From the NCBI RefSeq assembly GCF_018350175.1, contig NC_058381.1:868001-932000 (forward strand): a stretch of 64,000 bases of DNA. The letters are read 5' to 3'. Of this stretch, positions 12,997 to 25,000 are shown piece by piece. The DNA is from Felis catus (taxonomy: Eukaryota). Position numbers and translations under genes: made by a program. The notes beneath the pieces were generated by a model, which searched no databases, was not told the DNA's origin, and saw only the letters and a program-made list of their open reading frames with translations. Each line of letters opens with the position of its first letter. Positions within the stretch are counted from its first letter, which is position 1.

Positions 12997-13461
12997 TGGA
13001 GTTGTCATTTATCTGGTCAGGGAAGTTCCCTCCTATTCTGGGTTTGATCAGTGCTTTTATCACAAAAAGGTGTCGGATTTTGCCAAATGCCCTTTCCGCA
13101 TCTGTTGAGATGATTGTGTGGGTTTTGTCCTTTTTCTGTTACTGTGGTGGGTTTCCATTTGTTGAACAACTTGGCGCTCCTTGGAGAGATTCCACTCAGT
13201 CCTTGCCACAGTTGTTAATCTTCTATGCTCGGGGTTTACACATGTCTTTCAGAATAATTTATGCTAACAGGCTATGAGCTGTCGCTTAAGGGACACACTT
13301 GTTTTAGAAACAAAGGGAGTGTCACCAAGGCCACATTCTTACTGACAGGAGGGAAGCGGTCTCTGCACAGGTGTCCCGACCGGCTTCTCCTGCTTCAACT
13401 TTGCAGAGGGCTGTTTTCCCATAGTTCCTCCTGGACTCCAGCTGATGCCTGTGTCTAGATG

Positions 13462-13605
13462 ATGTGGTTCTCAAAGAGTGGTCCCTGGACCGCTCGGAAA
13501 GTGGTCAGAAGTGTGAATTTTGGAGCCCGGCCCAGACTCGGCGAATCCGTGATTCAACTACCCTTTTAGATCCTTCGGGTGCTTGCTGACATCAGACAGC
13601 CATTG
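13462..13605. mobile_element. MER5A-like hAT-Charlie remnant
   Basis: GTGGTTCTCAAAG(A)GTGGTCCCTGGACC terminus recalled from the MER5A consensus. Confidence 0.55.
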
Positions 13606-15704
13606 GCTATTAGGCCAGTAACTGGCGAGAGGCCCACAGATCCATTTCCCTGGATTTCCCCTCCCTCAGTCACCGAGTTTGGCCTCTTTTTTCCACACTT
13701 AGTTTTCCTCTAATATTGAGTGAAGTTGACCGTGAACCCCGCTTTGTATCTGCCCTTCCCCCTTAGCCTGTCTCTGGGTGATGTGATGCGTCTAGTTTTC
13801 GCAAACGGCTGCCATCTAATTATTGGGGAGGGTGACAGAGCTTCTGGCTTATTCTTCTTGGTGTTTTCAGCTTCCTGGGCTGTCCTGTGCCTCCAACATT
13901 CAGCCCTTCCCACACCCGGGGCAGATGCCTCTGCTTGGCGCAGCGGGTGTTCGGGGGGGGGGGGCACGCACGCCCAGGCCATTACACAGCTTCCTTTGCT
14001 CCCCGGTTTTCCATCCGGGAGCCCGCTCTCCGCCCCCGCACTGGCCTGTCCTCTGGCCACAGACGTTCCTTTGCAAGATTGAGGTTGTGGCCTCCTCTCT
14101 GCTCTGGCAGCGTTACGGACATTGGTTAGACCTTCGCAGTCACACAGACCTCCCTAGGAGGGCCTCGCGCTCGGTAGCCGGCCCTGCCCCCCTCCGTGGG
14201 TTCTCTCTGCCGTCCACCTTTCGCAGATGCCTGATGGTTTCAGGTCTGCGAAGGACGCCCCTTCTTACCTTACGATACCACTAAAGACCAACTGGCAGAG
14301 AAATATTTAGCGCCGTTTTCCAGGGACTTGGGGCGGGAGGAAGGGCCCGGATCACGCAGTGAGCTCACTGTATTCAGCCGGACCCTGATGCTTCTGAGAT
14401 GTGGACCCAGTAACGTGGCCCTGCGGTGAGGTTGGCAGCGGGTTTCCCTCGTCTGCGGAATGAAGGGCGGACCCCCGCCTGGCAGGAAGGCCCATCGGTG
14501 TGGCTTTCACCACCCCCTCCAGCAGCTGTCATTGTCTGGGGATAGTAAGTTCACCATCGCCACAGGAGTCAAGCAGCCCCGGGCGGCTTCCACGAGGGAC
14601 TGTCAGATCCGTCCCACGGCTGATTTCCACTCCGGTATGTCTCACTTCCAGGCCGCACTCCCGCCTCTCTGCTCGCCTGTGCTCTAGACAGAGCCTCTGG
14701 GGGGCTGCAGGCTGACCGCCCAGCACTTTCTCAGCAGGCCTTCCGGAAGCCCAGCCTCCCCCAGGCCACCTCCTTGCCCTAGTGTGGCTCTAACTGGCCA
14801 CACCGTGGGGCTGGGCCGTCGCTGGTGGTGCCGGCCTGCCGGCTGCCTGCAGCCCTGCCTTCGAGGGTGTGTGCTTTAACTACCTGTCTGCACCTGCAGC
14901 GATGAGGGGCTCCCCACATTTGTGCCTCCCCCCACCCCCACTGTGCACTGGGCTCACGAATTCTGCTGGTCAGCCCTGGGGACACACCGATGGCTCAGAA
15001 ACGGCTCCAGGCTGGGGCGGGGCAGGCACAGTCCAGTGAGGTGACAGCATACAAGAGGGGGAGCACAGGACATTGGGGTCGGAGAGACACGGAGCATGAG
15101 CAGGGAAACGCAGGCCCAGGAGGCCTTGCTGGGCTCTGGACAGACCCGTTAGGGCGCCGTGGGCGGGATCAGCATGTGCAAAGATGCAGAGGGCGTGTGA
15201 GAAGCAAGGAAGTCTGGAGAAGCACATGGGTTCTTGTTGCCTGAAGTCAGGCTGCGAGGTGCTGGGCTGGGGGCTGGAGAGGGGGTGGGGAGAGGGGGTG
15301 GGGAGGTCTGAAAGAGGCCGGAGGGGACCCTGGTGCTGAAGGCTTGGAATGGCAAGCTAACCAGTGTTGGGGGTGGCGGCTGGGGATCCGTGGAGTTATT
15401 TAATCCAGAGCCACCTTCTAGAAAAATTATTCTGGAAGTCAACGAGAAGATGATAGGAGGGCCTGGGAATGTGTGCAGGGGTGCAGCGGTCTGGGTGAGA
15501 GGGCACCTTGAGCCTGCAGCTTGGTGGGAGCACCAGAACAGGAGATGGGCAGGAGGGCTGTTGGCTTCGGAGCCCCGTTACCAGGCAAGCCCCGCACCCC
15601 AGCTGCCGCTCCCCACCCCCCCACCGTGGGGTCTGCCAGGCCCCCTCTGGCTCTTTGGGAGGGGATTTCCTAACATCTTCCTCCTCCCAGAGGCCCCGCC
15701 ATCC

Positions 15705-16085
15705 TGAATGATCCCCCCCCCCCAGCCTCCCCGAGGCCCCCGCTGTCCCGGATGCCCCCCCAGCCTCCCCGAGGCCCCCACCATCCAGAATGCTCCCCCT
15801 TCAGCCTCCCCGAGGCCCCTGCTGTCCCAGATGCCCCCCCCAGCCTCCCCGAGGCCCCCGCCATCCAGAATGCTCCTGCCCAGCCTCCCCGAGGCCCCCA
15901 CTGTCCCAGATCCCCCCCCCAGCCTCCCCGAGGCCCCTGCCATCCAGAATGCTCCCCCCCCAGCCTCCCCAAGGCCCCCGCTGTCCCGATGCCCCCCCGC
16001 CTCCCCAAGGCCCCCGCTGTCCCAGATGCTCCCCCCCAGCCTCCCCAAGGCCCCCACCATCCAGAATGCTCCCCCCCGCCCCCAG
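15705..16085. repeat. C-rich minisatellite with alternating ~38-41 bp units (~80-bp dimer)
   Basis: CCCAGCCTCCCCGAGGCCCCC followed by GCTGTCCCAGATG or CCATCCAGAATGCT, mostly alternating. Confidence 0.92.
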
Positions 16086-17889
16086 CCTTCCCCTTTCAGG
16101 TTTTGGTGGGAGAGCTGCTCTTACTCTGGGGAGGATGGGGGGGGGTCTCACGGTTTGTTGGACGGGGGTTGGGACAGGAAGTAGGAAATCATGGGGGAAC
16201 CACTGGCAGGCGTTGGACGCGTTCCCACGCGGAAGATGTGGCCCAGATGTGCAAGCCTCCGTCCCGGCCCCCTGCACAGCCTGTCCTGTCTGCAGGAATT
16301 TCTGGCAGCTTCCGCTGAGGTGTGGCTGTGGGGCCAAGTGGGGTGCCGTTAGGCAGCCCGGAACCGGGGCGCATCTGCTTGGTGGCTGTCGTCTGGGGAG
16401 CCTGCCCGTCAGGAAGCCCGGCTCACGGCTGACCCTCGTGGTGGCTCCGAGGGAAGGGGGAGCCGAGCCAGCTTCCTGCCCGGGGGGCTCCAGTCTTCCC
16501 CCCACAGCGAGCTCCTTCTTGCCCCACCGGTCAGTCGGTCGGTCAGGTGGTGGCCTCACCAGCCCACCAGGCGCCTGGCTGAGGCTTCACGGCAGAAACC
16601 CCCCGTGTGTGGAGACATGGGGCGGCCCAGCCTCCCTGGCGGACGGGCCCTTTTCCACTGCCTTGACCCCAGCCCTGCGCTGTCTGCTTGCCTGACCCCG
16701 GCCTGAGCCATCCCGTGGGGCAGAGGTCGCGGCAAGAGCCCTCAGCAGACTGGGGCGTCACAAGGGACCAGATCTAAACATTAAGGATGAGGTTAACGAC
16801 TTTATTCTTCTGAGTCTCAGTTTCCTTCCTCCCGAAGGTGTGTGGAATCTCGATGATCTAGCGGGGTGGGGGGTGGGGAAGCCGTAAAGCTGCTGCTTTC
16901 AGTTGGCCCAGCTGAGCACCCCCCCACCCCCCGCCCCCTGCCCCTGGGGCTGGCCCTGCCTCCTTGCCCGGCATCCCTCCTCCTCCCAGGTGACCCGTGT
17001 CTCCTGCACACTGCCCTTGCAGTGACCCTCCCTCCTGGCTTCTCCAGCTCCGCACCCCTGCTTCCGGGCCCCAGCCTCAGTGGCCCTGCCCACCCCCCCT
17101 GCCCCCGCCCCAGGCATTCCTGCCCCTGAAATCCTGCCCGGAAGCAGTCATGCCTCCTTCCTGGTAATGAAATCAGCGTCTCCTATACCGTCTAGGTTAA
17201 GTCACTTGCAGGCCTTGGCGCAAGGACAGGACGGCGATGAATCAGACCCGGCCGCACCCCCAACTAGATGCCTCCCCGCCCCCGGGGTCTGGCACGCAGT
17301 AGGTGCCCAAGAAACGCCCAGGGGCGTTATGCTGTGGGCAGGGCCTGGGTTAGGGGTTAACTTGTGAGTTCTGAATAATTTACCCTCGGGTCTGTGTTTG
17401 TAAGTGTGGCCAGATGGGATGGGGTCCCGGCTTGGCTTGCGCTTGGCTGGCGGGCGCTGCCTCGGGCCCCCTCCCTGCCTCCCAGGATGTCTCCTGCCCT
17501 CTGGCTCCCAGCCCTGCCTCCTTTTCCGGCCGGCCGGTAGGGGCCCGGCCACAGGGTGGGGCAGGGGTTGGGCTGTATGCCTGTGTCTCAGGGCCGAGCG
17601 GCCATCCCTGCCCTGAGCACGGACAGGACGCTGTCCTATAGGACAGCCAGCCCGTCACCCACCCCATGCGGGGACCTGGTGCATTTTGACGGGAAGGTTG
17701 CAGCGTGCCCAGAGGCCACCTGTCTGCCCGGGCTGGGGTGGCAGGCCTGTGGAGGGCAGATGTATGTCCCACCGTTCCTGCTCTCACCGTGGTCGGGTGT
17801 GTGGGTCCGGTGGGCGGTGGGAGGCCGGTGGGGGTCGGGTGTGCCGGGTCGGGGAGACCGCCTCGCATACAGACCACCAGGACAGGTAG

Positions 17890-18022
17890 AGAGTGCACAG
17901 GGAAAAGGAAGAACCTTTTTATTTTAGGACCGCTAACGACACTTTCTTTTGCTTTTTGGACAAGGACCCCTGAGTTTTCATTGTGCTGGGGCCCCAGTCA
18001 TTCAGCTGCAGCTAGGTCCCAG
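17890..18022. mobile_element. MER45-family hAT-Tip100 remnant
   Basis: TGCTTTTTGGACAAGGACCCC...TTTTCATTGTGCTGGGGCCCC resembles the recalled MER45 terminus. Confidence 0.5.
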
Positions 18023-18184
18023 GGGCCAGCCCCCCCCCCCCCCCCCGCCTCTCCAGGCCTCAGTTTTCTCCTGTGGCACCAGGTCTGAGGGCTCTGCTGG
18101 GAAGCGGTCCTGGCCGCCTCCCCACACTACCGGGGTGCCCCGTGAGGGCCGGGCCTCTGCTCTCCGTCTGCCCCCTCTTGCACC

Positions 18185-18403
18185 CAGGCTCTGGGACGAC
18201 CCGGGATGGGGGCACCAAGAGCCGCGAGGACCCAGGCTGGGGGCACCGGGAGCCGGGACGCAGGCTGGGGGCACCGGGGGCCAGTACGACCCGGGCTGGG
18301 GCACCAGGAGCTGGGACGACCCGGGCTGGGGGCACCGGTAGCCGGGATGAAGGCTGGGGGCACCGGGAGCCAGGACGACCTAGGCTGGGGGCACCGGGAG
18401 CCA
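18185..18403. repeat. Minisatellite, ~30-33 bp unit (GGGCACCGGGAGCCGGGACGACCCGGGCTGGG)
   Basis: About 7 direct tandem copies. Confidence 0.88.
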
Positions 18404-20520
18404 GGGCAGTAGTGACCTTGGCTCGTCCTCGCCTGCTGAGTGCTCGCCGTGCGCCTGGCCGTGTGCTGAGGGTTTCACACCTGTGAGCATCCGGTACTCA
18501 CCATGGCCCTGCCCCGGGTACCGCTCTCCCCAGTCTGCAGGTCAGGAGACTGAGGTGCGCAGAGCGTAGGCGAGAGACCGGGATCCGAGCGCAGGTGCAC
18601 TTCAGTGCTGTGCTGCCCAAGGCGCCACTGCACACGGGGACCTCACACACCTTGGGACCACCTGCCCGGAGAGGGAGGTGACGGAGAGGGAGGCGGACGT
18701 GGAGGCAGCCCTGCGGGGCGGGCGTCTGGGCCCCAGGAAGTGCCAGTGATTTGGCACCTTGGAGAGCGGGGGTCCTTGGGGACACTGCAGACACCTTTTG
18801 TTCAGGGAACTCAGGCCTGCTGGGGAAGCTGTAACGTGCGGGCAGGGTCACGTTCAGGAGAAACCTCGGTTCTCAGGCTGGGCGCGGCCTCTGTCTCCCC
18901 AGACCCTGGTGCGGCCACGTCTGTGCCCTCCCCTGGCCCCGGAAGCAGGGAAGGCAGACACTCTGGAAGGAGGGCCGTTCACCATGCGGGGTGGAAATGC
19001 GAGTGTAGAGCTCTGACAGGCGACGCCCCGGAGGCTGGGGGGGTGCTGGCTGGGGGGGGGGCGGTTCTTCAGGGGACCTTCCGGCTCCTGGGGCTTCAGG
19101 TTTAGTTTCCTTTCTGAGCCTCCGTGGTTGGGGAGTGGGCTCGAGGAAGGGGTGCTGGCCTCTGCCGACACTGCCCCTTGGGGCCCAGAGCTGACCCCGG
19201 AGGGCAGGGGTCCGAGAACTGAGGCTCGGGTGGGAATGGGAGGCCTTCACGGATGCGGCCGGGGCGGTTCTCAGAGGACGCGGCGGATGTGACCGAGGCG
19301 TGGTGGGAGGGCGGGTGGGGCTCCAGGCACGGCCTCACCCGTGCAGGAAAGGGGTGCGTTCAGGGAAGGGGACTTGGCGGGCGGAGGGCGTGGGGACGGG
19401 AGGGGGCCGCTTTCCCGAGAGGCCTGCTTATCACGTGGGACCCCAAGGAGGGGAGCCACTGCAGGCCCATCAGCGGGAGGGAGGTCGGGGCAGAGCCAGC
19501 GTCCCCTGCAGAGGGGGGAGCGGGTCGGGGCCCCCTCCCTGCAAAGCATTGCCGGCACCCACGGGGCCTTGTGTGGGGTCCCTGCGCCTTGACCGGGCTT
19601 CAGGATGCCAGGAGAGCGGGGCTGGCGGCAGTAACGGGAGCAGGTGAGGTCACGGTGGGCCGGGTCTGTCCTCGCTCACACGGGGCCTCGTGACTCGGGG
19701 AATAACTTACGCCCAACCTCGCGGTTCAGAGAGTGTGTTTTGTGCTTCCCGATGGTCTGCGATGAGTCTGGCTGGTGGGACTTCAGAGACGGGTGGCGTA
19801 AGCCCAGACGGAACGCGGAAAAGCCCGGAAGAACAGGCGTGAGGGGATCGCGGGTTCTCTCTGCGTGACGGGATTATGAGACGTTTTCTTCCTTCCTTAT
19901 GTCTGTCGGTGTTTTCCAGATTTTCAGTGAGGAGTTTGTACGACTTTCACGATTGCAGAAAAAAGCTGTTCGCAGACAGGAAAGAACTAGTTCCATAGTC
20001 CAGGGGCGGATTCTGCACGAGGGGAGGGTGTGCGGTTCGTGCACTGCACAAATGTCGGCTGAGAAGCGTATTCTAGGTGTGGGGACACCAGCTGGCAGCA
20101 CAGTCGTCCCTTCCAGCGAGGGGTCCAATTCTCAGAGTCAGACACCCCAGGACCTGGGGACCACGGGGGCCCGAGGGAGGGAAAGGGCCCCAGGGGGAGA
20201 AGGGAGAAGGTGGTGCCTTTGCTGAGGCGGGGCTGGGGACGGACCCGCGCAGGTCAGGGGACATCTGAGCTGACGTGGCGGGGGAGCAGCAGCCGATGAG
20301 GGTCAGGAGTCGGGAAAGGGGCTGGCGGTGTGCACGCTGACCGTCGGGGGGTCAGGCCTGGCTTTCCCTGGCTCGTGCTTTGTGCTGCCTGAAGTGCCCG
20401 GAGTGGCAGGGCTGGGGCAGGGCACCAGTGCCGGGAGGGACAGGACAGGGCACCAGCGGCCTCCCCGCGTCCGGCCACAGTGCTGGGGACTCTGCTCATG
20501 TGCCTTCTCTCTCTCCGCAG

Positions 20521-20568
20521 GAGATGGGAGCGCCCCGTGCACGTCCAGCGCCCTCCAGGAGAAGCAGC
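20521..20568 (+). CDS. PITPNM3: PITPNM3 exon 4 (GDGSAPCTSSALQEKQ)
   Basis: Polypyrimidine ctctccgcag acceptor and GTGAGT donor; 48 nt; phase consistent. Confidence 0.9.
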
Positions 20569-21881
20569 GTGAGTTCCCCTGACCTGCCAGGAGGCTTGTC
20601 CCTCCCCGCCCCCCCCCCACCGTGGGTCCAGCCTCCTCGGGCCCCTCCCTGCCCATGAGCTGAGCTCCTGGGGGTCCCCGGCTCCCACCCGCCGGGCAGC
20701 TCAGGGGCGGCAGAGCCAGAGTGGGGGCGGGACCCTGCAGAGTGTCATCTGTGTGCAGGCAGAGAGAGCACGGGAACGGGGGGCCCTTCCCAGCCTTTGA
20801 CGCCGTGTGTCCCGGGTGATGTGGTGCTGAGGTCAGAGGCCCCTCATTCGAGGCTGTGCCAGGGTCAAGACTCCTCCCACAGGCCCGGACCCGGGGCACC
20901 CTGTAGAGATGCCCGCGGGCCGACCGCGATCGGGGCGTCCTCCCCGGAGGCTCCGGCAGACTTGGTGGGCGGCTTCAGCCAAGCATCTGAGGTCGGCAGC
21001 ATTGAGTTTCTCAGCAGGCCGGGGTCGGGGAGGGTCTGGCGCGTGATGGGCGTGAGCCCTCAGAACCCCCTTCTCTCTCCTGCCGCTTGGAGGTGTGGTT
21101 GGAGCCTGGGGGCTGAGCCCGCCCTGCCCACCTGTCCCCAGGCTCGCACATCCCTCGGCTGCAGGAGGGGGTCCGCCCGGCCCGGGGCCTGCACTGGGGA
21201 CGTGTGCCGGGGGCCGGGAGGCCTGGGCGCCTCTGTCAGGGGCACCCCACAGCTCAGGCCGCGGGGGCACGGGGCAGGGGGAGGGGGAGGGCATCCTCAC
21301 ACCGTGCGAGGAACTGAGCTCAGCAGGAGCGGGGCGCGTCCAGCGTGCCCCCGGATTCTAATCTCACCCAGTGGCTGAGCGAGGACCCAGAGAGAGCGAT
21401 GCATTTGCATTTCCCGAGAGGAAAGGCCACTGGGAGGCGCCAGGTTTGCGCCCGAGGGGGAGGAAGCCAGGGTGTGCGTGGCCGGAGCCTGGGTGCTGTC
21501 TCCCTTGGGAATGGCGGCTGGTTTGACAAGCGTGGGCCTTCGGGGTGTCCTCAGCCCGTCCTGGGTGAGGAGGGTTGGCTCAGGGGGTGAGGGAGGAGGG
21601 CGGAGCTGGAGATTAGTGGTCTTCGGGTGGAGGGCCCGTTCCCATGCACCTTGTGTGTCCTCTCTAGGGATTAGTTAGCCCGGTCCCCCCAAGAGGCCCC
21701 GCGTCACATCCCTCAGGTGTGGCCACTGTCCTCAGGAGGGAGGGAGGACCCCAGCCTCAAAGGGAGAGTGACCGCCCGCCCGGGGCCAGACCGCTGCTCC
21801 AGTCTGGACCTGGCTGAGCAACGTGGGTATTTAGTAGAGACACAAAATGTGTTTGTTGTTGTCTTTAAACTAGGGCTGTGC

Positions 21882-22097
21882 GGGCGCTGGGGGGCTCAGT
21901 CCGTTAAGTGTCCGACTTTGGCTCAGGTCATGATCCCACAGTTCATGAGTTCGAGCCCCGCGTGGGGCTCTGTGCTGACAGCTCAGCTCCTGGAGCCTGC
22001 TTCGGATTCCGTGTCTCCCTCTGTCTCTGCCCCTCCCCCACTTGTTCTCCTCCCCACCCCATAAATAAACATTAAAATTTTTTTTCAAAAAATAGAA
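21882..22097 (+). mobile_element. Can-SINE
   Basis: Head, CT tract and AATAAA/A tail; TSD TAAACTAGGG(C/T)T(G/A)TG. Confidence 0.93.
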
Positions 22098-25000
22098 TAA
22101 ACTAGGGTTATGGATGTCAGAATCCACTGCTGAAGGCTCCTCTGTGGTTCTGCCCGTCGAGGGTCGTCTTGCCAGTGGGGAGTTAAGGGTAATAACAACG
22201 GGGCCAGTGGCCCTCAGTACACAGCCAGCAGTGTGGACAGTGGGAAGGACGACCTTGTGACACCCCTCCCTGCGATGTCCACACGGCCGGCCGACGGGTC
22301 TGCTGGTTCTGTTCCATGCGTGCCGCCCGCAGATTTCGGCATTTCACTGCCTCTGTGTTTGTGGAGTGAGGGTTGTTGACGGCCGCGGTTTACTCTTGAT
22401 CCAGAATTGGTGACGCGGAGGTCCGCCTGGTGCCTGTGACCCCGTGACGTGACGCGCTTCAGCGTTCGCCGTGTTCTTCCGCGCGCACGGTCGTTCCGGT
22501 ATTTCCGCCGGCCTTATGCAGCCTCACTGGGGGCCAGATGCAGGGGGGTGCGAGTGGCCCCCCGACCAGGACTCAGGAGGCCCCAGGGCTGTTGCTGCAG
22601 CCTCTGAGCTGGGAGGGAGCCAGGCCTGGGGGTGAAGCCCTGTTCCTTCATTCAGTGCTGTAACGCTCTGGGCAGGTCACCAAGCGTCTCTGAACCTCAG
22701 TTTACTCCCTCGTGGAGAGAGGACCGTAATGTCTTCTTCCCAGAGTGGCAGACAGGCAGAGGGGCTTCCGGAGATCCGTCTTCTCGCTCTGCCGGTGCTG
22801 TGGCCGCTTGGTTGTCCCCGCACAGAGGTGTGTCCTGTGCAGGCTCCAGGGCATGAGCGGGGAGGGGGCCGGCCTGGGCCGCTCAGACTCCATCCCGCAG
22901 CTGCACGGCCCGCAGCCTGCTGCTTCCCTGTTATTTGGGACCAGATTTCTGTGTGTGGGGGACCTGCCTGGGGGCAGAGGACGGAGGGTCTGGTCCCCCG
23001 GCCCACAGGCGCCGTCCTGCGTGCACGTGGAGCCCGCGCAGCCCCGTGGGCTCTGACATTCTAGCACTCTCCTTGCCTCCTGGTTTCCTCTGTCTGTGGG
23101 TCCCGGCTGCCCTGAGCTCAGCAAGCATCCCCAGCGCACGTCCAGCCCTCTGACGTGGAGCTCGGCGCAGGGGCCCCGGACACATGGTCCGCACCAGCCG
23201 CACTCTCCACGCGGCCCTCCGGCCCCCCGGCCACCTTCCCTGCCACTCTCCTTCCCCCCCACACCCACTCGGTGGGGACTCTGAACTTTCTCCCGTCCCC
23301 AGACCGGGATCCAGAGACCGCAGTCCAGACTGAGTACCGTTACAGGCTCCCGTCTGACCCGCGGGTCTCCGTCCTGCCCTGGCCGCCAGCGAGCCCGGCT
23401 TTGTCCAGGGCTGCGTCCTGACTCTCCCCCGCTCCTAGGCCCCATCACCTGTCAGACAAACATCCCCAAGGGGACGGAGAAGACGTGGATGCTCAGAACC
23501 ACCCACCCCCACTGTGTGTGTGGGTCTGACCTCACGTCCCACCGCCTGGGGCCGGCGACCAGAGGAGCCGCTCGGATGCCCGGACCGCCACCTCAGGGCT
23601 CCCCTCCCGTGTGCCCGCGGCCCCTTGCCCACAGCTGGCCTCCCGGCTCCCCCCCACTAACCGGTGTCTTTTCCTGGCCTGTGTGGGCAGCTTGCTGAGC
23701 GCAGCTGCAGACGGGCTATATTTAGCCGGATTTAATGAGCTCAGGGTGGCAGACGGCCGCCTTGGGAGCTTTTCTCTTGCGTGTGCGCGCGAATGTCTGT
23801 TCGACAGTGTCCGCTCTCGCGTGTGTACGTAAGCGTGTGCCCGTGCGCGTGTGTGCATCAGTGTGCATGTTAACGTGTCGGCGCGTTCATTTTCACGAGG
23901 ATACGTGTGTGTTCCCGTGGGTCTATCCGTGTCGTGTCTGTGCTTTGCTGGGGACACATGTGGCTTTTGACACTCGTAAGGGTCTAAGACGGGAACAGAT
24001 TGTTGGTTCCCTCGTCTGTTTGAAAAATATTTCACGAGCATCTTTTATGTGCCAGCATCTTCATAGTCTTTGGGGATAAAATGGAACGTAAATGAGCCCG
24101 GCTGCAGCCTTTAAGGACCTCACGGCCTGGGGGTGGAGGGGACGGCAGATGGAGTGACCACAGAGCTAAGTATGAGGACTCCCCCTGGGAAGGAAAGCCA
24201 GCTGCTTCGGGAGGAGGACAGGAAGGACGGAAGTTTCACAGGAAACATTTGGGCACGGCAGCATGAAGGAGAGTCCAGGCCTGGGGGGCAGAATGTGCAA
24301 AGGCCCCTTGGTGAGAGGGAGGAGAGGTTTGAAAACCATCCTGCGGCCCAGGGGTTGAGCTCCGAGGGGAGGTGGGACCACAGCACACGATTTGCGTGGA
24401 GCTGTTAGAATTTAGTGCATGACTCTGTCAGGGTCCCGGCGGGGAAAGGAAGGCTGTGCCAACACAGGACTGGGAGAGGGTCCCCTGAAAGGACCTTGTT
24501 CACAGGCTTAGGGAAACCCACGGGCGCGCAGGTAGCGGCCCAGCACCCTGCCCCACCGTCGGTCCACACCAGGGAGCCCCAGTCGACGGTCCCCGGCGTC
24601 CTGCTCTGCGGCCCCGGCCGGCGGTCCGGCCCCGGCCGGAGCCCTCGTAGGGAGGCTGAGACCAACGTGGGTGGGGGCGGGGGTCTGTCTTCAGCCTGAG
24701 AGAATCTGTTTCCCCAAATCCTTTTCTCCTGGGAACAAAAGAGCTTCTGGAAACAGCCCAGGAAGCCATGCGGCAGACCTCCCCAGCGGCACAGAAGCCC
24801 AAGCGGGAAGAAATCGAAATTACTGTCTCAGAAAAGTCGCCGCCAGCTACACGGGCACTGGAAGCTCTTCTGAGCGGGCAGCGCAGGGAGGCGGTCAGAT
24901 TCCTGGCGGAACAGACGCGACGCACGCGTGGGCTCACCTGGCCCCTCCCAGAGGCAGCGGGATTCCCCGGGAACCGAACACCTCCATGAACACCCGCTTG

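Larger units (their letters stand above)
10420..13270 (-). mobile_element. Old L1M-type LINE-1 (3' end and ORF2 remnants), interrupted by a younger L1 and two SINEs
   Basis: L1M 3' end ACATAATTCACATACC..., with L1-like text resuming after each nested insertion. Confidence 0.75.

Noticed and set aside
4078-22097. tRNA-like A/B boxes
   Set aside because: They are heads of tRNA-derived Can-SINEs, not tRNA genes.
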